Assembly: GCA_964016885.1 (NCBI GenBank)
Contig: OZ024742.1
Span: 152,954,001 to 153,018,000, forward strand
DNA: 64,000 bases
Direction of reading: 5' to 3'
DNA from: Eledone cirrhosa
Taxonomy: Eukaryota
Of the stretch, positions 57,006 through 64,000 are shown in pieces; the stretch's first letter is position 1; each line of letters begins with the position of its first letter. The notes under the pieces are model-generated. The model ran no database searches. It was not told where the DNA came from and worked only from the letters and a program-made list of their open reading frames with translations. Position numbers and translations under genes: made by a program.

Positions 57006-57056
57006 AGTTTCAGAAGATCCCGTTAAGGGTGAAAGCAGCGATTCTTTGCTTAAACT
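57006..57056 (+). ncRNA. Hammerhead ribozyme, family E (U4A)
   Basis: agttt CAGAAGA tcccgttaagggt GAAA gcagcgattctttgc TT aaact. Confidence 0.65.
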
Positions 57057-57100
57057 TTAATCTGTTATTTTAATAAATATATATATATATATATATATAT

Positions 57101-57630
57101 AAGCACTTTAATACATGAATACACTTACATCTAACTATACACATCAAACATATATATATATTTACTTATTTATATACATTTTCACATATATATACATACT
57201 TATGGTCGCTTTTAGACACATTCATTATCGCATTTTTGCACCTATTCTCATCAGCATATCTTTCCATTATTAGTGTGGTAATTTGAGGTTATTAATATAC
57301 ATATATATGTTGAGAAGAGATTGTTTTTATATTTTTCTAACTAGATTGAGGTTTATATAGTTGGGAGGATGTCCCTCTTTTATGTAATATTCGGCTTGTA
57401 GTGGGAAAAAAGGGTTTTAGTTCGGTGATGGCAGAATAATGTTCGTTCAATTCTGTTATTCAGCAATTTCTTCTTGTGTGTGATTATGTAATAAATCTAG
57501 AGATTTTGGCTCCTGGAAAAGCTTTGGGTTTTAGCTAATTTCTCCCATTTTAGGGTAAACTTCTGATCGCTATCCCTGAGCGTCCAAGCTTTTTCTGCTA
57601 AAGTTGTTACATTTCTTTGGCTCTGGTGTT
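57101..57630 (-). mobile_element. PLE 3' stub (Naiad-type GIY-YIG C-terminus)
   Basis: Minus strand reads [24 protein letters not shown]...*IYYIITHKKKLLNNRIERTLFCHHR; absent from the ORF track. Confidence 0.75.
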
Positions 57631-57636
57631 ATATAA

Positions 57637-57782
<146 letters not shown>

Positions 57783-57867
57783 GTATATATATGTATAAAT
57801 ATATGTATATATATGTATAGGTATATATATGTATATATATGTATATATGTATTTGTATATATATATG

Positions 57868-57922
<55 letters not shown>

Positions 57923-57935
57923 TTTAATATAGATG

Positions 57936-57986
57936 AGATTCTACAGGACTAGAACTGTTTCATTCTTTAGAAATCATCAGGAATCT
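57936..57986 (-). ncRNA. Hammerhead ribozyme, family D
   Basis: Exact reverse complement of 63379-63429. Confidence 0.85.
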
Positions 57987-58448
57987 GGGTATCAAAAAAC
58001 AAGTATGGTACTTATAGGTCTCTACAAAGGAGGACACAAGGGCTGCGACCTTTGTATTTCAGAGAGCTACGAAATTTTATTCGCCAAGGGCCCGCTACTG
58101 AACAAACTCTCTGAACACTGCCCGAAATGCATGCACAAGAACTTTGCAACTTTCAAACACTTTAAGCAAGTGTTAAAGCCCGATGGCTAAAAACGACCTC
58201 CTCCTATTGGCCCCTATACCTCCTTCCGACCCTACACCCACCCCTCCTCAACCTGAAATACGGCCACTATGGTTATGTGAGTACCTCTTACCTATCTACA
58301 TTTTCTGCCTGTAGAGGTGTTTTTATGTGCCTGCGTATATGCGTATATTTATTGAGTACTTATTTATTTCTATGTGTATATATTTGTGTGTATGTGTGTA
58401 TATGTATGTGTATGTATATATATATGTGTGTATATGTGTTTATTTATG

Positions 58449-58479
<31 letters not shown>

Positions 58480-58584
58480 ATGTATGTGTATGTGTGTATA
58501 TATATGTATATATGTGTGTATATGTGTATATGTATGTATATTTATGTATGTATATGTGTGTGTGTGTATGTATGTGTATATATT

Positions 58585-58619
<35 letters not shown>

Positions 58620-58710
58620 ATATATGTACATATGTATATATATATATATATGTACATATGTATATATATATATATGTATGTATGTGTGTGTATATATATA
58701 TAAATATGTA

Positions 58711-58741
<31 letters not shown>

Positions 58742-58752
58742 GTGTGTGTGCA

Positions 58753-58819
<67 letters not shown>

Positions 58820-58920
58820 TTGTGAGTGTGAATATATATGTATATATGTATGTATGTATATGTGTATGTATGTGTGTATGTATGTGTGTATGTATATATG
58901 TGTATATATATGTATGTCTG

Positions 58921-59008
<88 letters not shown>

Positions 59009-59012
59009 TATA

Positions 59013-60302
59013 TACGATATTAAATAAATGGAAACTATATTTATAAAACCATATTTATTTCATTATATATATTTCAGGGATATCATATTAAAAATATGGT
59101 ATGCCTTCATTAGATAAAATACAATATAAACAGTGTTATAAATAGATAGAATTGACATACCTTACACTTCAACTTCCATTTAAAAAGTTGATTTGGTAGT
59201 GAAAAATGTTAGGGACAGTTATAGAGAATTTAAACTTCGCTATAATAACCACAATAATTCTTTCACAGATCCAAGCAAAAGATCTTCAACATCACTCTCA
59301 GGCTTACTCTGGCAACTTAAGCATGATAACGTTGGATATTCGACGGCTTGGAATATAGTCTCAAGAGGGATTCCTTTTAATTCATCTTCTGAGACATGTG
59401 ACCTCTGCGTGGAGGAGATATTCTTTATACTAAAATCTAAAAATTCCCTTAATTTACGGACAAATTTATTCAGTTGCTGCAGACATAGATTGAACTCAAC
59501 TTTTAAATATAAATATAAATTTAAAATGTTTTATTTTTTATTAAGATTTGTAATTATTTATGAAACTCGCCGATAAATCTTTCGATTTCTTTTTTTTAAA
59601 CATTCTTCATGAATAATTAAACTACCCTAAAAGATGATGCTCCAAATATATCGAATCAATTTTACACTAGATAAACTTCTATAATAAATATAAGACCATC
59701 TGTAGATCAAATGGGTATCCTAAACTTTTGGAATGATTTCTGCTAGACAGGATTTGGTGAATAATTTTGGTTTTGTTTGCTTTTGATTCTGATGCTTCTA
59801 ATGAACTTGGCAATATATTGTCAAATAAATTTGAAGGGTAGATTTCTGTGGTTGATATGCGGGGCATACTGTGTTTTATTACGGCCCGAGATACTCTAGG
59901 AATTTTCTTGGCGTTTTAATTATATTTTTTAATATTTTTTAATATTTTTTAATATTTTTTAATATTTTTTAATATTTTTTAATATTTTTTAATATTTTTA
60001 ATATTTTTAATATTTTATTGATATATTGATATCTGTTGTCTATTCTATGCTTGAACGATAATCATGTAGAGTAAAGGCAAGAATATTATTGTTAAAATTA
60101 ATGTAGATTCTATATATGTTTGTGTGTATGTACACATATATGTATACTAGAATTTTTACAGCACAATGAGAATGTTTTCATGTGAAATAAGAATTTGCAG
60201 AGTTGATCACGTAAATTCACATGGATGTCTATAGTGTCGAATCTGGGAAAACCTTCTATTTTCTTTTCTTTTTTCATGAAAGTGCATATATACTTATGTA
60301 TT

Positions 60303-60343
<41 letters not shown>

Positions 60344-61221
60344 TCTCAGTTCTGATTATAAACCTAAGAATTTTAAACTAGACATATGATCATTATTTTT
60401 CACACATTATTGATACGTGTCTCATTCATGAATACTGATATTTATATTATAATACCTAATTCATACGAATTGATATTTTAGATTGATGAAACATAATGTT
60501 TTAAATCTGCCTCGTTTATCTCTGGATATTTTTCTTTTCTCTCTATGTAACGGCTGTTTTCTCTCCTAACCACATATATCTCTCTCTACCTTAATACTAT
60601 AACTAAATAAATAAATAAATAAATATATCATTGATACGTCATTCAACTGGTGCCCAACTACCTATTTTTCTCTCTCTCTATCTCTATCTATATCTATCTC
60701 TCTCTATTTTTTTCTCTCTCTCTCTTTTCTCTCTCTCTCTCTCTCTCTATCTATCTCCCTCTGTTTTTTCTCTCTCTATCTATCTCTCTCTGTTTTTTCT
60801 TTACATGAATTTCTTCTCTCTATCTATCTATCTCTCTATATCTAGCTCTCTCTGTTTTTCGTTACATGCATTTCTTCTTTTTCTTCGTTTTCTTTCTTTC
60901 TTTTTTTTTTTTTTCTTTTTTCTCTATAACTGTCCCTAACATTTTTCACTACCAAATCAACTTTTTAAATGGAAGTTGAAGTGTAAGGTATGTCAAATCT
61001 ATCTATTTATAAGACTGTTTACATTGTATATTGTCTGATGAAGGCATACCATATTTTTAATATGATATCCCTGAAATATATATAATGAAATAAATATGGT
61101 TTTATAAATATAGTTTCCATTTATTTAATATCGTAAATATACTACAAATACTTGTTGAGTACTTTTATATCAGTTATAAATATTTACTCGTTGTAACCCA
61201 ACAATTTAAATAAAACTTTGC
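59013..61221 (+). mobile_element. 5'-truncated Naiad-type PLE, family A: inverted repeat 59013-59227, GIY-YIG stub ~59225-59530, direct repeat 60921-61135, tail to 61221
   Basis: FKLRYNNHNNSF..TSLSGLLWQLK..W.I..CDLCVEEIFFI..LNLRTNLFSCCRHR. Confidence 0.88.
61027..61092 (+). ncRNA. Hammerhead ribozyme, family A (mirror copy 59056-59121 has a mutated CTAATGA core)
   Basis: ttgt CTGATGA agg...cct GAAA tatata TA atgaa. Confidence 0.8.
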
Positions 61222-61278
61222 ATATATATAAATATATATATTTGTGTGTATGTGTATGTATATATATGTGTGTGTTTG

Positions 61279-61425
<147 letters not shown>

Positions 61426-61565
61426 TTATATATATGAATATATGTATGAATGGTGTATCTCTCTCTCTATATATATATAAATATATGTATGTATGGTGTA
61501 TGTGTGTGTATATATATATATGTTCTGTTTTGTTCCCGTTCAATTTTTCCTTATATATGTGTATA

Positions 61566-61614
<49 letters not shown>

Positions 61615-61646
61615 GTGTGCGTATGTGTGTGTATGTATGTATATAT

Positions 61647-61702
<56 letters not shown>

Positions 61703-61853
61703 TTATATATATGAATATATGTATGAATGGTGTATCTCTCTCTCTATATATATATAAATATATGTATGTATGGTGTATGTGTGTGTATATATATATATGT
61801 TCTGTTTTGTTCCCGTTCAATTTTTCCTTATATATGTATATATGTGTGTGTGC

Positions 61854-61903
<50 letters not shown>

Positions 61904-61928
61904 ATGTGTGTGTATGTATGTATATATT

Positions 61929-61971
<43 letters not shown>

Positions 61972-62136
61972 GTGTATATATATATATATATACACACATG
62001 TGTATATATATGTGTGTATGTATGTGTGTGTGTGTGTGTATGTATATATGTATATATGTATATATATGTGTATATATATATAAAAATATATTTATATGTG
62101 TGTGTGTGTTTTTATGTGTGCATATGTGTATATTAT

Positions 62137-62405
62137 GTCAGGTCACCAGTTGGTGCTACTGGTAACATGTATCCCAGTACAACCTGTCTCATGGTCGGGT
62201 CGTTGGCGACTAAACTGGCAACCCCACCAAGTTTCTTGGTGAGGAGGGTGACTTTGGACATCCTGCAGGACTAAAAACAAAACCTGTCAAAGCAGCTCTT
62301 AAGAGTCAATGGCTATCCAAAATCACCGGGAGAGATGACCCCTTAGCCTTTGTCAAGGCAGATTTCTACGAGAAGGAAAACTCTGATATAACACCTGCAA
62401 CTCTG
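62137..62405 (+). mobile_element. Possible RTE-type LINE 5' UTR or SINE remnant
   Basis: GAGAAGGAAAACTCTGAT and GTCGTTGGCGACTAAACTGG resemble RTE 5'-UTR motifs as I recall them; not verified. Confidence 0.35.
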
Positions 62406-63074
62406 ATGGTATCCAATGATGTTGACTTGTTCTTCTTTTTGGTAAATATCATGTTGGTTAAGAGAGTGGGACTGGCTTTGTGCAGTGCCTTTGCTCACTA
62501 TAAAAGCTTCACGGCACAGGCATTGCTTTATATCTGGAGATCTCTGATCTCTCTGTACTTGTCGTCACGTGGTACCATGGGCCCAGCATTGTGTCAATAA
62601 TTGTCACAGGTGTAGTGTTTGTACCAGAGTTTTCAAGTCACTGGCTGGACTAAAAAGTCACACTCGTTCAGCGCATTGGTAGGGGTTCTCCTACATGGAT
62701 ATAAAGTAGTGGCCGTACTCGAAAACGAGTAGGCAGCCACCATATTTGTATGTGTATGTGTATGTGTGTTTATGGTTGCGCGCGAGTGTGTGAGTGAGTG
62801 TGTTTTGTGAATGTGTCTGTTGATTTCTGGCATATAGTTGAATAGTTTAAGAGACATTTGAGGATAATTGTTAGATATGCATTCAATATTTTGAATTTGT
62901 CTACAGAATTCTCTAAACCTTTGTCACTTAGTAGAACCTTAATGATTTTAGCTTTTAAAGAATCTCCCTTTCCTTTAAATCTATCTACCATGACTGACCC
63001 CCCACTGATCTTATAGACACCTGTTAGCTTAAGAGAAACTTAATAACAAGGAATGGCATGCCATCCTGAACCTG

Positions 63075-63285
63075 TTTATAGAGTTCTGTCTGCCTTTGTT
63101 ACTCTAAAAACAAAAATAAGTATAAATAAAAATAAAAATAAACTATAGCTTTGTAGAATTAGCTTTTAATGAATTCCCTTTTATAGAGTTCTGTCTGCCT
63201 TTGTTACTCTAAACACAAAAATAAATATAAATAAAAATAAAAATAAACTATAGCTTTGTAGAATTAGCTTTTAATGAATTCCCTT
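63075..63285. repeat. Tandem duplication of about 105 bp
   Basis: TTTATAGAGTTCTGTCTGCC...GAATTCCCTT occurs twice. Confidence 0.9.
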
Positions 63286-63378
63286 TTCTATCAACCAATG
63301 ATCTACACCCATCCCACTCCCCACCCTCTCCTACCACTTGTAGAGACCTATAAATACCATACTTATTTTTTGATACCC

Positions 63379-63429
63379 AGATTCCTGATGATTTCTAAAG
63401 AATGAAACAGTTCTAGTCCTGTAGAATCT
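63379..63429 (+). ncRNA. Type I hammerhead ribozyme, family D
   Basis: agattc CTGATGA tttc-taaa-gaat GAAA cag-ttctagtc-ctg TA gaatct; all three stems form; GUA site. Confidence 0.88.
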
Positions 63430-63510
63430 CATCTATATTAAAACTTTTATACTCTGCATGTATTGAATACCTTACTTACTGTGGTTACCTCCGATTCAAC
63501 CCGGAATAAC

Positions 63511-63563
<53 letters not shown>

Positions 63564-64000
63564 ATATTAGGTATAGGATTATCCAAGATGTACTGATGGT
63601 TAATTACTACACTGGATATGGTTGACGTACGGTAAGAGGTTACTCTACGAGAATTGTTCAAGAAACTTAGTTCCTGGTCCTTCAGTATTCCGGAGTGTAT
63701 ATAAAGAATGAATAATAACAGGTAGACATCATAAAAAGGTAATTTATTCCGTGTGCTTACAAGTGGAGTGGATCGAAATACTGCAGGTTATGTAACCTTG
63801 AGCTATTTTACATACTAAAATCCCAAAACAAACTACTTAACGATAGAATTGAACGATCATTATACTGCAACCACAAACTAAAAGCTAAATTCTCTCACTA
63901 CAAAATAACTTAACATTCGAACCCGTAACTACAACACCACTTTCTAGCTAACAACCTTCTCTTCCCCCCCCACACTACAAGACAATACACTGCTTATCAC

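Larger units (their letters stand above)
56680..57080 (-). mobile_element. HHR palindromic cassette, family E: tail 56680-56763, arms 56764-56913 and ~56932-57080
   Basis: Near-perfect arms; centre has a tandem GGAAGACGATAGTATCG. Confidence 0.9.

Noticed and set aside
57201-57260. CTGATGA...TAAAAGCGACCATA on the minus strand after the PLE stub
   Set aside because: Expected position, but G12 and U16.1 are absent; not called

Overview
Eukaryotic, extremely (TA)n/(TATG)n-rich intergenic DNA with no host gene detected. The repeat content suggests a marine invertebrate, probably octopus-like; this is an inference. The long Ile/Tyr ORFs in the ORF track are microsatellite artefacts. Nearly all non-microsatellite DNA is mobile elements inserted into TA tracts: (1) three copies of an APE-RT LINE, one near full length with a Myb/SANT-like + polyQ + 2xCCCH ORF1 and -1 slippery sites in the ORF1/ORF2 overlap; (2) two fragments of a second LINE; (3) two Penelope-like (PLE) RT/GIY-YIG remnants plus four GIY-YIG C-terminal stubs; (4) two non-autonomous Helitrons; (5) one tRNA-derived SINE. 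The main signal is about 30 type-I hammerhead ribozyme (HHR) motifs, some degenerate, folded by hand and falling into about 14 sequence families. Most lie in non-coding asymmetric inverted-repeat cassettes (0.17-1.8 kb, mostly 0.2-0.6 kb) inserted in (TA)n. One arm runs to the true 3' tail; the inverted arm stops at a family-specific TA-rich point. Two cassettes are perfect palindromes of about 410-420 bp, and two other loci are tandem ~520-535 bp HHR monomers resembling retrozymes. Several families carry variant cores (U4A, U4C, unpaired 10.1-11.1). All folds and alignments were done by eye and need computational confirmation.
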